Below, one piece after another: positions 18,694 to 29,360 of a DNA stretch of 64,000 nucleotides. Source of the DNA: Minisyncoccia bacterium. GTDB lineage: Bacteria > Patescibacteriota > Minisyncoccia > Phycocordibacterales > JAACPR01. Location: positions 6,054 to 70,053 of the forward strand of contig JBLINH010000001.1 in NCBI GenBank assembly GCA_047639165.1, written 5' to 3'. The position numbers were made by a program, and so were the translations under genes. The notes under the pieces were generated by a model, which saw nothing but the letters and a program-made list of their open reading frames with translations, was not told the origin of the DNA and searched no databases. Each line of letters opens with the position of its first letter. Position 1 is the stretch's first letter.

Positions 18694-18707
18694 TTCCCTA
18701 TTCTACC

Positions 18708-20360
18708 CTATTTCAATGGTAGTTCAATAGTGAATTTAGATCCTTTTCCTTCTCCTCCAGACTCTGCCCATATTCCTCCACAGTGTTCCTCTACAATCTT
18801 TCTCGCAATGTATAGTCCTAGTCCAGTTCCCTTAACTTCTTGTTGGTTAGCATTTGACGCTCTAATGAACTTCTCAAATAGTGATTCCATAGATTCTGCA
18901 GGAATTCCTACACCAGTATCTTCAAGTACAATCCTTACCTTGTTGCCGACCTTCTTTGATGAAAGTTTTATAGTTCCTTCTGATGTGTACTTTAGAGAGT
19001 TATCAATTAGGTTTATGATAACTTGTTTTAGTTTGTTCCTATCACCACTTATTACAAACTTAGAGTCTTTGTGTAGATCTGTTGTGAACTGAAGTCCACT
19101 TTCTGTAATTCCTGGTAGAAGTTCTTGATATGTTGTATTGAGTAATTCATTAATATCTACATCTTCTATATCGTACTTCATCTTACCAAGTTCGATTCTT
19201 GTTACGTCCAGATAGTCTGAAACCAAAAGAACAAGATCTCCTGTAGCTGATTGAACCTTTCCTAATGCTTCTGTTACACCCTTAGATATTTTTCCGTAGT
19301 CACCTTCAAGGATTAGGGATATATATCCTTTCATTGATGTAAGTGGTCCTCTAAGTTGGTGTGATGCAAGAGATACGAACTCTGACTTTTGTTTATCTAG
19401 AACCTTAAGGTTTGAGTTTGCAATCTGAAGATCTTTGGCAAGTTTCTCGATTTCTTCTCGCTGTAGTACTTCCTCTGATACTGATCGAATTAGGAGAACT
19501 CCGAAGATGACTGATATTCCTAGAGAAATTGATACAAGATATATAGCGATAATACTATCTCTAATTCCACCAACAAATAGTAGTGATGCGATGATAATCC
19601 AAAGAGCTACAACAAGAGCTTGAGAACCAAGGATCTTAGCCGAGAAAGATTTGTACTTAACCAGCATGTATGTAAGGAAACCAATGAATAGGGGCATTCC
19701 AAATAGTCCGAACTGAGCTATGTTCCAATTTTCTGTGAGACTACCTATGATGTTTCCAGATACGAAACTTGTTATAAAGATTATAATACCTGATGCAAAC
19801 GCGACAACTTCTCCTCGTTTCCTTCCAGAAGTTTTTCTTTTCTTTAGAGCTAATATTAATATTGATAGTAGATAGAATATTCCAAAGAAGTATACATAAT
19901 ATATTAAGAAATTACTTTCTTCGGCAGCACAACTAGAGAGATCCATCGCTGGAAGTAAATATGTTGTGGGCATTGTTACTATTATTGGAAGTAACAATAG
20001 TGTTAGTAAACCTTTTTGTCTAAAAGGTAGGTCTTTCCCTGTTATGAAGACATACGTTAGATAATATGAAAGCCCATATATTAACATTTCGGATAGAACT
20101 GTTAGTGACCAGAAGAATCTAGAAACATAAGTTGCATTTGTTGCCCATTGAATTACGTCACTAAACACCCAGAATATGAACAATGCTGATATGCTAGCAA
20201 AAAGCATAGTAACTAAATCTCTCCTTCGAGAAAGAATATATATAGTAGCTACCAAAGCAGTAATAATCGCAATACCATGTGAATAGTAAAGCAACGGCGG
20301 TATGTTTTCTGACACAACAATATATGTTGCTGGGTTCCAGGGGCACAAATAATTATCCAT
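18708..20360 (-). CDS. Membrane sensor histidine kinase
   Basis: Multiple TM helices, H-box ASHQLRGPL, NLIDNS.KY, DTG.GI, GTGLGL, G.GS.F. Confidence 0.95.
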   Translation of the reverse strand: MDNYLCPWNPATYIVVSENIPPLLYYSHGIAIITALVATIYILSRRRDLVTMLFASISALFIFWVFSDVIQWATNATYVSRFFWSLTVLSEMLIYGLSYYLTYVFITGKDLPFRQKGLLTLLLLPIIVTMPTTYLLPAMDLSSCAAEESNFLIYYVYFFGIFYLLSILILALKKRKTSGRKRGEVVAFASGIIIFITSFVSGNIIGSLTENWNIAQFGLFGMPLFIGFLTYMLVKYKSFSAKILGSQALVVALWIIIASLLFVGGIRDSIIAIYLVSISLGISVIFGVLLIRSVSEEVLQREEIEKLAKDLQIANSNLKVLDKQKSEFVSLASHQLRGPLTSMKGYISLILEGDYGKISKGVTEALGKVQSATGDLVLLVSDYLDVTRIELGKMKYDIEDVDINELLNTTYQELLPGITESGLQFTTDLHKDSKFVISGDRNKLKQVIINLIDNSLKYTSEGTIKLSSKKVGNKVRIVLEDTGVGIPAESMESLFEKFIRASNANQQEVKGTGLGLYIARKIVEEHCGGIWAESGGEGKGSKFTIELPLK

Positions 20361-20440
20361 GTATATGTTTAAATAAGTTTAATACTAAACCTATCGTATC
20401 CACCTCCGAACATATAAGCAATCTTTATTTCCACATATTT

Positions 20441-21349
20441 TTAATTAAAAAGTAATAGAACACCGATGAGTATTATAATGACAGAAATTAATTTCTGTAA
20501 AAAGGATTTAATATCAAGTTTTTCTTTAAATATATTTGGCAATATTGTAGCCAAGACGAAGCTTATAAACAAAGTAAAGAAAGGCTGTAGACCACTTACT
20601 GTCTGAACCATTGCAAGAGGCGCTAGTAAAGTAGCAAAACCAAAAGTAATCATCGATACCATTGCAATAGCTTCATTTAGGGTATTGATAGAGATAGCTT
20701 TTGTTGAATTTGATTTTAGTACACTCATAAAATCTCTTCTGTAGCTATCTTTAAACAAAAATAGTGTCAATCCAACTAATAGAAAACCAATATAGTTCCA
20801 GAATACAGTTGTCCAGAAATCTATCTCAATGGCAACGAATTTGAATAGTAGATCATTGAGTGCTAACAGAAATGAAGAAACAGCCATTAATATGAGTAAC
20901 TCCTTATTTAACTTAAATGTTTTTGTGTTTAGGGATATTAAGAATGCTCCTGTCACTATAAGTAATCCAGCTATAACCTGTTGTACTGATAGTACTTCCC
21001 CAAGAACTATAAAAGCTAAAATCAATCCAAAGAATGGAGTCATCTGTATAAGCGGAGCTACCGTAGAAACCTCATTTTTTTCAAGTGACTTTAAATATGG
21101 AAGTAAAGAAAGGACAAATATTATTCCGTTTAGTATGGATATGAAAATAAAGAAACTTCCTATACTTAATATTTCATCAGCTTTAAATATAAAAATAAAG
21201 GGGGTTACTAATCCCCCAATTAACGATGAAAATATTAACAGTGCTCCATAACCACCTTCTTTAAAATATTTAGAGAGTAAAAACTTATCGATAAAATTAA
21301 TTATAGATTCTAGAAATGGAGAGATTAGGGCAATAAAAAACCAGTTCAT
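20441..21349 (-). CDS. EamA/DMT family transporter
   Basis: About 10 TM helices in two repeats; P.F..ILA...LGE. Confidence 0.88.
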   Translation of the reverse strand: MNWFFIALISPFLESIINFIDKFLLSKYFKEGGYGALLIFSSLIGGLVTPFIFIFKADEILSIGSFFIFISILNGIIFVLSLLPYLKSLEKNEVSTVAPLIQMTPFFGLILAFIVLGEVLSVQQVIAGLLIVTGAFLISLNTKTFKLNKELLILMAVSSFLLALNDLLFKFVAIEIDFWTTVFWNYIGFLLVGLTLFLFKDSYRRDFMSVLKSNSTKAISINTLNEAIAMVSMITFGFATLLAPLAMVQTVSGLQPFFTLFISFVLATILPNIFKEKLDIKSFLQKLISVIIILIGVLLLFN

Positions 21350-21376
21350 GAATTACAGAATTTATATTAAACATCG

Positions 21377-21529
21377 TTACAACTCTTCCTCGAGAAGTTC
21401 TTCGTCATAGGGCTCAGATTCAAATACTTCAAAATCTTTATCTATGAAGTTACTTTTGTATGTAAATACTATTGAAATGACAATAAGTATTAATACAATC
21501 AGGAACAATGTTTTGCTTTTTATATCCAT
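21377..21529 (-). CDS. Small single-TM protein with acidic tail (50 aa; not in ORF track)
   Basis: MDIKSKTLFLIVLILIVISIVFTYKSNFIDKDFEVFESEPYDEELLEEEL fills the speD-eamA gap. Confidence 0.7.
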   Translation of the reverse strand: MDIKSKTLFLIVLILIVISIVFTYKSNFIDKDFEVFESEPYDEELLEEEL

Positions 21530-21540
21530 AGACATATATT

Positions 21541-21936
21541 TTAATAAAGGTCGTACTTAGTACCTCTGATTATAAGATGATGTTCAATTTCTTTCAAGTC
21601 GAAAGTTTCTTTGAAGTAGTTCAAGATGAAATCTACATCCATACCATTCTTACAAGTATAGACATCAGCACTCACAAAACCTTTAGCTGGAAATGAATGA
21701 ATACTAATGTGACTTTCAGCAATAGTAACTACTCCTGTCCATCCTCCAGGGTCCTTTTTACCGTTTGGTTCAGCTCTGTAAACAACTGGTTCAGATAACT
21801 TGATCATATCTAGCTTCTCTGGGAGCTCGTTCAAAACCTTCAAGACTGTCTCTTTGTCGTCTAATTTATCGCTATTACCGCCATAACCGTCTATTGTTAC
21901 GTGTTCTCCAAAATGAGTTGGTTCTTTGTCTGTCAT
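21541..21936 (-). CDS. speD: S-adenosylmethionine decarboxylase proenzyme family (SpeD/SpeH)
   Basis: G.H...D.YG, GWTG...IAESHISIHSFP..G.VS.DVYTC (self-cleavage ESH). Confidence 0.88.
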   Translation of the reverse strand: MTDKEPTHFGEHVTIDGYGGNSDKLDDKETVLKVLNELPEKLDMIKLSEPVVYRAEPNGKKDPGGWTGVVTIAESHISIHSFPAKGFVSADVYTCKNGMDVDFILNYFKETFDLKEIEHHLIIRGTKYDLY

Positions 21937-22014
21937 TGATTTGTATTATCGCGAAGTCTTGTAAACCTTATAATTCCATTATCATACAATCTATATAAAA
22001 GTCAATAGAAGAAG

Positions 22015-22047
22015 AGTGGGCGTCGTCAATTTTGACGACGCCCACTT
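22015..22047. terminator. Strong hairpin / terminator
   Basis: AGTGGGCGTCGTCAA/TTGACGACGCCCACT. Confidence 0.8.
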
Positions 22048-22062
22048 ATAATAGTTTTTATA

Positions 22063-22311
22063 TCAGAGGGTGAATCTTTTCTTTTTCGATGACTTTTTTG
22101 ATGACTTTCCTAAAATAGGTGATCTGTTAATTTTACGATGTTTCTTGGGATTGTTGTTTTTCCCAACACCATGAGTATTCACATAATCAGGGGAATTATG
22201 AATCCCTGCTATTTTTTCGAGTATACCTAGCTCTTCAGAGCTATCTTCTTTGTAGTTATCACCGTCATCTAAACCGGTGCCTCTATTATTATAGTTTCTA
22301 CTCATATTCAT
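22063..22311 (-). CDS. Hypothetical protein with Lys-rich C-terminus
   Basis: ORF fills the gap and is followed by a hairpin; start uncertain. Confidence 0.5.
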   Translation of the reverse strand: MNMSRNYNNRGTGLDDGDNYKEDSSEELGILEKIAGIHNSPDYVNTHGVGKNNNPKKHRKINRSPILGKSSKKSSKKKRFTL

Positions 22312-22345
22312 AAAAAATACTATCAACCACTCCTATAAAAAGCAA

Positions 22346-22813
22346 CTAGCTATCAGATCTGTTTGTTAGAAGAAAAGATAGTAGTGGTATTGCGATCCAA
22401 ACTCCATATGGAACTTTCGATGTGAAAAATTCACTGAAAGGAAGACTGAAAGAATATATCTGACCAATTGGGAGCACGTGGTAGTACAAAACTAATACTA
22501 TTACTGTAGCTGCAATACTTAAAATAACTCCATCTAGAAACTTTCTTCCTCCAGAGTATAGTTTCTTGGCACCTGTGTTTTTTTCTAGAAGAAAGAAAAG
22601 GATTACAAAGATTAAAGCCCACGCCCCTATCCGAGCATAGATATTTTCCAAAGAAACATATGGAAGATTTTCAAATATTAAAGTAGTTGGATAGAAAAGT
22701 AGAATTAGCCTTGCAAGAACTTTTTTTCCTGCGTACATGGAAAGTGCAAAAAACAAAACAGCGATTGCAATAAGGATGATTACATCCAATGTGAGAAAAG
22801 CTAAATTTGGCAT
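22346..22813 (-). CDS. Hypothetical membrane protein
   Basis: About 5 hydrophobic segments; TATAAT 6 nt before ATG. Confidence 0.8.
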   Translation of the reverse strand: MPNLAFLTLDVIILIAIAVLFFALSMYAGKKVLARLILLFYPTTLIFENLPYVSLENIYARIGAWALIFVILFFLLEKNTGAKKLYSGGRKFLDGVILSIAATVIVLVLYYHVLPIGQIYSFSLPFSEFFTSKVPYGVWIAIPLLSFLLTNRSDS

Positions 22814-22855
22814 GTTTTAATTATACAAAAAGTATTGAAGAAACAATACTATGTT

Positions 22856-23719
22856 TTACAGACCTTCTTTTTTCAAAGCCTCGATTGCGTCCTTTGCTTT
22901 CTTTGAAATATTAGTAGGTGTCTTGATTAGGATAGTAACAAACAGATCTCCATTTCCTCTGTTTGGTACTGGCACTCCCTTCCCTGCAATACGAAGTTGT
23001 TCACCGTGCTTTATTCCAACAGGTATTTTGATCTTCATCTTTCCATCCAATGTTTCAATTTCTTTGTTTATACCCAAAAGAGATTCAGTTAGTTTGATCT
23101 CAATAGTTGTTAGTAGGTGAACTCCTTGTTTTACCAAACTATCATGTGGAGTTACATATATTCGAACATATAGATCTCCAGGCCTACCATTTTGAAACGG
23201 TTCTCCTTTACCAGTTATTCTGATAACTTCTCCGTTATCAATTCCCTGTGGAATTGTAAAAGTAATGTCTTCTATGTCCCCTCTTGTATCTCTTTGAACT
23301 TTTACAGTCTTCTTCGCACCAAAGATAGATTCTTTGAAGTCGAGAGTAAGGTCCACTTGGATATCTCTTCCCTTTTGAACTCGTCCTCTACCTCCACCAA
23401 ACATCTGACCCAGAATGTCATTTATATCAAAGTCTGCTCCTCCTTGAGAGAATCCTGAGAAATCAAAACCTCCAAAGCCTTGTGCTCCTCCTCCCCCACC
23501 TCCACCAGAAAAGGCATTACCGAACTGATCGTACTGAGCTCTTTTCTGATCATCTGAGAGAACTGTGTAAGCTTCGTTTATCTCTTTGAATTTAGCTTCA
23601 TCTCCGGATGGTTTGTCTGGGTGGTACTTTTGAGCAAGCTTTCTGAAAGCTTTTTTAACATCTTCTTTAGATGCTTCCTTGTCTACTCCTAGAGTTTTGT
23701 AGTGATCTTTTGTTGCCAT
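22856..23719 (-). CDS. dnaJ: DnaJ-class chaperone lacking the zinc finger (CbpA/class B type)
   Basis: J domain with HPD, G/F region, C-terminal domains, no CxxCxGxG. Confidence 0.9.
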   Translation of the reverse strand: MATKDHYKTLGVDKEASKEDVKKAFRKLAQKYHPDKPSGDEAKFKEINEAYTVLSDDQKRAQYDQFGNAFSGGGGGGGAQGFGGFDFSGFSQGGADFDINDILGQMFGGGRGRVQKGRDIQVDLTLDFKESIFGAKKTVKVQRDTRGDIEDITFTIPQGIDNGEVIRITGKGEPFQNGRPGDLYVRIYVTPHDSLVKQGVHLLTTIEIKLTESLLGINKEIETLDGKMKIKIPVGIKHGEQLRIAGKGVPVPNRGNGDLFVTILIKTPTNISKKAKDAIEALKKEGL

Positions 23720-23806
23720 GTGAGAGTGATTTTAGCAGAAAATACGGGCGTTGACAATATATTAAATATAGTGGTAATGTTTTGTGGAACTCAACCTGTA
23801 CCATTT

Positions 23807-24115
23807 ATGAAAATACAAAGACTCGTAGTTAATCTCGGCACAAAAAGTTCTTTTGTCCATAAGAATTATCCTGTAGATATACATCCTCAAATTGGTTGGT
23901 GCTACCATTTTTTGGATGATAAAAATTATTCTTTCATAGTTGTAGATATTTATAAAAGTCCAAGTTTTGGAGAAAATAATATACCTAGGTGGCAGGGCGA
24001 TATATCCTGTAGCACTTCTGTTGTTATGGAACTTTGCCAACCGTTTTTTAATGATACGGTAGAGTATTTAACTACAGAGCTTGAAAAGAGAGATTTTAAG
24101 AAGTTACGAAAATAA
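23807..24115 (+). CDS. Orphan hypothetical protein antisense between dnaK and dnaJ
   Basis: TTGACA at 23751 upstream; 102-aa ORF; bidirectional terminator after. Confidence 0.6.
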   Translation: MKIQRLVVNLGTKSSFVHKNYPVDIHPQIGWCYHFLDDKNYSFIVVDIYKSPSFGENNIPRWQGDISCSTSVVMELCQPFFNDTVEYLTTELEKRDFKKLRK

Positions 24116-24138
24116 CTTTATCTTCTAAACTTTTATTT

Positions 24139-24172
24139 AAAAAGACCGCCAGTACTGGCGGTCTTCTTTTTT
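24139..24172. terminator. Bidirectional terminator after dnaK
   Basis: AAGACCGCCAG/CTGGCGGTCTT with A and T tracts. Confidence 0.85.
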
Positions 24173-24174
24173 AT

Positions 24175-26076
24175 TTATTTCTCCTCCTTGTCTTTCTTTT
24201 CTTCTTCCCCTTCCTCCTCTACTTCAGCATCTCTCACTCCTTCTTCTTTCTTTTCCTCTCCCTCTTTTGGAGCTTCTTGCTTACTCATGATCTCTCCGAT
24301 CTTTTGCATTTCATTTGAAAGATCTTCAGTAGTTCTTTTCATATCCTCTAGGCTGTCTTTAGCTGGAGCTTCTCGTACCAACTTTATCTTCTCTTCTATA
24401 GATCGTTTCAAGTCTTCCGGCACCTTATCTCCCGCGTCTTTCAGACTTTTCTCTGCAGTGTGAGCTAACTGCTCTCCTAGGTTCTTTGCATCAACAAGTT
24501 CTTTCTTTTTCTTATCCTCCTCTTCGTGCGCCTCAGCATCTTTTGTCATTTTGTTTACCTCATCATCAGATAGACCTGAACTAGCTTCAATCTTTATACT
24601 CTGCTCTTTTCCAGATGCTTTGTCTGATGCCTTTACATTAAGGATTCCGTTAGCATCAATATCAAATGATACTTCGATTTGAGGCATACCACGTTGTGCT
24701 GGTGGAATTCCATCTAGGATAAATCGTCCAAGACTTTTGTTGTCAGCTGCCATAGCTCTTTCTCCTTGTGAGATATGGATTTCAACTTGTGTCTGATTAT
24801 CAGCTGCAGTTGAGAATGTTTGCGACTTGTTAGCTGGAATTGTTGTGTTCTTCTCAATTAGTTTTGTAGCCACACCTCCCATAGTTTCAATACCAAGTGA
24901 AAGTGGAATCACATCAAGTAGAAGAACATCTTTAACATCTCCTTGCATGATACCTCCTTGAAGCGCTGCTCCAAGTGCAACAACCTCATCAGGGTTAATT
25001 GATTTGTTAGGTTCTTTACCAAACAGTTTTTGTACCTCCTGTTGAATCTTAGGCATTCTTGTTTGTCCCCCAACCAAAATGATTTCATCAATGTCTTTTA
25101 TCTCAAATGGAGATGCATCAACTGCTCGCTTTGTAATTTCAATAGCTCTTGAAATATACTCATCTGCAAGCTTCTCAAGTCCAGTTCTTGTTAGCTTAAG
25201 TATAAGGTGTTTTGGACCTTCAGCGTCAGATGTGATAAATGGGATGTTAATCTCACTCTCACTAGCCGTTGAAAGCTCCAATTTGGCCTTCTCAGCCGAT
25301 TCATCTAGTCTTTGTAGTGCTAGAGGGTCTTTTGAGATATCAATGCCAGAATCCTTCTTAAACTCAGTAATTATCCACTTGATGATTTCTTGGTCAATAT
25401 CCTTTCCTCCCATATGAGCATCACCGTCAGTTGATTTAACTTCAACAACGTCGTCTCCCACTTCCAAGACTGAAACATCGAATGTTCCACCTCCAAAGTC
25501 GAATACTACAATCTTCTCTTCTTTGTTCTTATTGAACCCGTAAGCCAAAGCTGCGGCTGTTGGTTCGTTTATAATTCTTTTTACTTCAAGTCCTGCGATC
25601 TTTCCAGCATCTTTAGTAGCTTGTCTTTGCGCATCATTAAAATACGCAGGTACTGTGATTACAGCCTGAGTAACAGGTTCTCCTAGTTTAGCTTCAGCGT
25701 CAGCCTTTAGTTTCTGCAAAATCATGGCTGATATTTCTTCAGGTCTATGACTCTTATCTCCCATCTTTACTAAAACTCCATCGTTGTCTCCTTTTGAGAT
25801 TTCAAATGGTACAATTTTTTGGTCTTTTTCTACAACAGAATCTCCGAACGAGTGTCCAATGAATCTCTTAATACCAAATACAGTATTCTGAGGATTTGTT
25901 ACTGCTTGTCTTTTGGCTAGTTGACCAACAAGTCTTTCACCAGTCTTTGATATAGCGACTATAGAAGGGGTAGTTCTATTTCCCTCTGTGTTTTCAAGTA
26001 TTGTTGGTTCTCCTCCCTCGATTACAGCAACTGCTGAGTTTGTAGTTCCTAGATCTATTCCAATGATTTTTGACAT
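24175..26076 (-). CDS. dnaK: Chaperone DnaK
   Basis: [48 protein letters not shown]. Confidence 0.99.
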   Translation of the reverse strand: MSKIIGIDLGTTNSAVAVIEGGEPTILENTEGNRTTPSIVAISKTGERLVGQLAKRQAVTNPQNTVFGIKRFIGHSFGDSVVEKDQKIVPFEISKGDNDGVLVKMGDKSHRPEEISAMILQKLKADAEAKLGEPVTQAVITVPAYFNDAQRQATKDAGKIAGLEVKRIINEPTAAALAYGFNKNKEEKIVVFDFGGGTFDVSVLEVGDDVVEVKSTDGDAHMGGKDIDQEIIKWIITEFKKDSGIDISKDPLALQRLDESAEKAKLELSTASESEINIPFITSDAEGPKHLILKLTRTGLEKLADEYISRAIEITKRAVDASPFEIKDIDEIILVGGQTRMPKIQQEVQKLFGKEPNKSINPDEVVALGAALQGGIMQGDVKDVLLLDVIPLSLGIETMGGVATKLIEKNTTIPANKSQTFSTAADNQTQVEIHISQGERAMAADNKSLGRFILDGIPPAQRGMPQIEVSFDIDANGILNVKASDKASGKEQSIKIEASSGLSDDEVNKMTKDAEAHEEEDKKKKELVDAKNLGEQLAHTAEKSLKDAGDKVPEDLKRSIEEKIKLVREAPAKDSLEDMKRTTEDLSNEMQKIGEIMSKQEAPKEGEEKKEEGVRDAEVEEEGEEEKKDKEEK

Positions 26077-26141
26077 AGTTTTTATATATTTAGTTTATAA
26101 GGTGATGAATATTGTAAGACAAAATGTTTTATTTGTAAATA

Positions 26142-26675
26142 CTATTTTGTACTCCCTACCTTTACGTTCGCTGGTCTGATAAGCTTGTCGTTAAGTTCGT
26201 ATCCTTTCTGTATAACTTCCATGACTTTTCCCTCCTCACCCTCTACATTCTCTATAGAGTTATGAAGGTTTGGATCAAAAGTTTCTCCTAAAGGACTAAG
26301 TATCCTTACCCCGTTGTTTTCTAAGGTGCTTTTCAGTTGTGTGTAGATATATTCAATCCCCACTCTCCAGTTCTCTGGGGCTTTCTCCCAAGCCACCTTA
26401 TCCTTAAATGCCATATCAAAACTATCAAGAACAGGAATAATTTCCAGGATGAAAGATTCTGTAGAATACTTGGCGAAGTCTCTTTTCTCTTGTTCCAATC
26501 TTTTCTTAAGATTGATACTGTCTGCTTGAGCTCTTTGCCACCCATCTAAATATTCTTGTTTCTCCTCCTTACAATTCTTTAGTTCTTTTTTTAGTTTTTC
26601 TATTTTTGAGGTTTCCTCGTCTTCAAAAACAACATCGTCGAAAAACTCTTCTTCTTTTGGTTTCTTTTTTAGCAT
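26142..26675 (-). CDS. grpE: Nucleotide exchange factor GrpE
   Basis: R.QAD..N.KKR, FDPNLH, QKGY.L....IRPA.V.V. Confidence 0.96.
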   Translation of the reverse strand: MLKKKPKEEEFFDDVVFEDEETSKIEKLKKELKNCKEEKQEYLDGWQRAQADSINLKKRLEQEKRDFAKYSTESFILEIIPVLDSFDMAFKDKVAWEKAPENWRVGIEYIYTQLKSTLENNGVRILSPLGETFDPNLHNSIENVEGEEGKVMEVIQKGYELNDKLIRPANVKVGSTK

Positions 26676-26765
26676 ATTGTCCGCGTGATTATATCAGAGA
26701 AAATAAGGTTTGACAATACATTATTCATATGATTATGTTGTACGGAAAGGAACACAACTATAATT

Positions 26766-27146
26766 ATGAAAAAATTTCAAAAGATAATCTGTGATTTACT
26801 TATAGAACGAACAGAGATTGTTTTAGGCGAGAGACTTTCTGTTAGTCCTAAAGCTATAAAAGATTGGGCTAATGGAAAATCATTACCTCAAAGTGCAGAA
26901 TTTTATGGGATACTCTTACGTTTATCTACTATATCAACAATAAGTAAAGAAACTCTCAAAGAAATTTACAACGAAGAAGTTGATGAAAAACTAAAGATTG
27001 ATAAAGAAAATGATTCAAAAGTTTTGGAAGAGAAAATTACCACCGGGGATCTGTATGATATTCACAGAATGTTGGAAGGAGCTGAAATGCAGTCTATAAC
27101 AATCAAAAACCTCTTATCTCTCAGAGACGTTGTCTCAAAATCATAG
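26766..27146 (+). CDS. Putative XRE-type HTH protein
   Basis: L..RL.VS...IKDW.NGKSLP; TTGACA at 26710. Confidence 0.6.
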   Translation: MKKFQKIICDLLIERTEIVLGERLSVSPKAIKDWANGKSLPQSAEFYGILLRLSTISTISKETLKEIYNEEVDEKLKIDKENDSKVLEEKITTGDLYDIHRMLEGAEMQSITIKNLLSLRDVVSKS

Positions 27147-27156
27147 ACAAAGATCT

Positions 27157-27191
27157 AAAAAACCGCTCATCCAAATGGATGAGCGGTCTTT
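27157..27191. terminator. Bidirectional terminator after rpsI
   Basis: ACCGCTCATCC/GGATGAGCGGT. Confidence 0.85.
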
Positions 27192-27193
27192 CG

Positions 27194-27601
27194 TTATCTC
27201 TTACTCCACTGTGCAGCCTTTCGAGCTTTCTTCAATCCGAATTTCTTTCGTTCTACTACTCGAGGGTCTCTCTTCATGTATCCTAGTTTCTTCAATCCTC
27301 CTCTTAGTTCAGCGTTAAATTCAACTAGAGCTCTTGCAGTTCCAAGTCTCAAGCTTTCTGCTTGTGAGTTAGTCCCCCCTCCTTTTATCTTTGCAGTAAC
27401 TGTAAACTTTTGTTCCAGTTCTATATCATTAAAAGCGGCTTGTGCGATATTTTGTAAATTCTCAGTCTTGAAGTACTCATCAAGATTTTTATCGTTGACA
27501 GTTAGAGATGCTTTCTTACTTGGAGTAATTCGAACACGAGCAACAGATTCTTTTCGTCTTCCAATTCCCTCTATGTATTTCTCTGTAGTTTTAGTTGCCA
27601 T
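27194..27601 (-). CDS. rpsI: 30S ribosomal protein S9
   Basis: GRRK.SVARVR, RDPRVVERKKFGLKKARKA.QWSKR. Confidence 0.98.
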   Translation of the reverse strand: MATKTTEKYIEGIGRRKESVARVRITPSKKASLTVNDKNLDEYFKTENLQNIAQAAFNDIELEQKFTVTAKIKGGGTNSQAESLRLGTARALVEFNAELRGGLKKLGYMKRDPRVVERKKFGLKKARKAAQWSKR

Positions 27602-27602
27602 A

Positions 27603-27941
27603 TTATTCGGTTACTTTTAAGTTCTTAAGCATACCATCTCTCAACTTGTTAGATGGAAGCATTTTCTTTACTGCTCGTTTAATAACTTCACTATATCCTT
27701 TCTTTGCGATAAGTTCTGTAAGTTTCTCATACTTTAGTCCACCAGGATATCCAGTGTATCTTTTGTATCTCATTTGATTCTCTTTCTTTGGAGCGATAGA
27801 AAGCTTTGAAGCGTTGGTGATGTGAACCTTACCTCCAATTTTGTTTGGAGCGTAGTCAACACTATCTTTTCCAAGAAGTGTTGTGGCAGCTTCTGAAGCG
27901 ATTCTACCTAGTATTTTGTTTTCTGCGTCGATTGTTTTCAT
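27603..27941 (-). CDS. rplM: 50S ribosomal protein L13 (short form, start MKTIDA)
   Basis: IDA....LGRIAS, YTGYPGGL, AVKKMLP.NKL. Confidence 0.96.
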   Translation of the reverse strand: MKTIDAENKILGRIASEAATTLLGKDSVDYAPNKIGGKVHITNASKLSIAPKKENQMRYKRYTGYPGGLKYEKLTELIAKKGYSEVIKRAVKKMLPSNKLRDGMLKNLKVTE

Positions 27942-27945
27942 GATT

Positions 27946-28296
27946 TTATACAAATTCAATGTGAGCCATTTTAGCAGCATCCTCAGCTCGTAAAGGTAGC
28001 TTTGTGATCCTTGTGTACCCACCTTCTCTATCTTTATAGATAGGAGCGATTTTAGTAACTAGTTTATTACTAAGATCTTCACTTCTAATTCTAGAGTTGA
28101 TTAATCTTCGTGTAGCAACTGAATCCACCTTAGCCTTAGTCAAAAGCTTCTCAATGTATGGTCGTAGTTCTTTAGCTTTAGCTTCTGTCGTAATGATCTT
28201 TTCATCCCTGATCATGTTACGTGCCAAAGAGCTCATCAATGCTTTATATTGATTAGCTTTTCGTCCAAATTTTCTTTTGGCTTTGTGGTGTTTCAT
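27946..28296 (-). CDS. rplQ: 50S ribosomal protein L17
   Basis: MKHHK..RKFGR, ITTEAKAKELR, GGYTRI.K. Confidence 0.98.
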   Translation of the reverse strand: MKHHKAKRKFGRKANQYKALMSSLARNMIRDEKIITTEAKAKELRPYIEKLLTKAKVDSVATRRLINSRIRSEDLSNKLVTKIAPIYKDREGGYTRITKLPLRAEDAAKMAHIEFV

Positions 28297-28337
28297 GGAT
28301 TTCTAGATTACTACGGTCAGAGGTTTAAGTAAAGGGG

Positions 28338-29294
28338 TTATTTAAGACTAATCTTATTCTTTTTTAATACAGCCTTAATTTCTAGAAGACCTTTATTTCC
28401 TAATCCATCAAGTTCTAGGATATCATCTTCATTCTTTCGAGTAAGACCACCTACTGTTCTTATGTTGGCGTTGATTAGAGAATTGACTGTTCTTGAAGAA
28501 AGATCAAGAGATTCTACTCTAGTCTTTAGGAAGTCGTTCATTTCTTCCTTATCAGTCTCTTCCTCAACAACTTCTTCCTTTGGAGCTTCTATTTCAAATT
28601 CTTCTTTGAATCCAACAACTGCCTTTAGTTGTGAAATCATAATTCCAATTGAGTTTTCAAGAGCTTCCTTTGGAGTAATTGTTCCGTCAGTTTCAATTAT
28701 CATTCGTAATCTATTGAAATCAGTTCTTTCTCCTACTCTCATGTTCTCTGTCTCGTACTGTACTCGTCTAATTGGGGTGAAAATTGCATCAAGAGCGATT
28801 GTACCAACTTCAACCCTGTCTTTGTGTACTAATTCTTTTGAAACAAAACCTAGTCCCTTTTCTACAGTAAATTCGATATCAATATCAGTGTTTTTATCTG
28901 TAACTTCAAATATTGGTTGATTTTTGTTGATTATTTCAATCTGACTTGGAGCTTCAATGTCTTTTGCAGTGATTGATTTAATACCCTTTGATTTGATAGA
29001 CATTTTTAGAGGCTCATTACCTTCTAGTTTTAGTCTTATCTTTTTTACGTTAAGAATGATGTTAATAACATCTTCTTTAACTCCTTCGATTGTAGAAAAT
29101 TCGTGATTTACACCATTTACTTTAATTTGAGTGATAGCAGCACCTGTAAGTGATGATAGGATTATTCGTCTCAATGAGTTACCTAGAGTGTGTCCATATC
29201 CAGGATATAGTCCATCAATCTCGTATGTTCCTTTTGATCCCTCTTCTGAAATAATTTTTGGTTTAGATGGAAGTGTAATATTTTGGTCGGACAT
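28338..29294 (-). CDS. rpoA: RNA polymerase alpha subunit
   Basis: GYGHTLGNSLRRIILSS, HEFSTIEGVKEDV, alpha-CTD LS.RT.N.L. Confidence 0.99.
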   Translation of the reverse strand: MSDQNITLPSKPKIISEEGSKGTYEIDGLYPGYGHTLGNSLRRIILSSLTGAAITQIKVNGVNHEFSTIEGVKEDVINIILNVKKIRLKLEGNEPLKMSIKSKGIKSITAKDIEAPSQIEIINKNQPIFEVTDKNTDIDIEFTVEKGLGFVSKELVHKDRVEVGTIALDAIFTPIRRVQYETENMRVGERTDFNRLRMIIETDGTITPKEALENSIGIMISQLKAVVGFKEEFEIEAPKEEVVEEETDKEEMNDFLKTRVESLDLSSRTVNSLINANIRTVGGLTRKNEDDILELDGLGNKGLLEIKAVLKKNKISLK

Positions 29295-29360
29295 AGTAAT
29301 ATTATTTAAATTTTATTTTAGCTTGTAAACTGTACCGTATTTTACGTAATTAAGCAAGAC

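Noticed and set aside
26676-26765. CIRCE/HrcA operator upstream of grpE-dnaK
   Set aside because: No TTAGCACTC-N9-GAGTGCTAA match and no hrcA in the window
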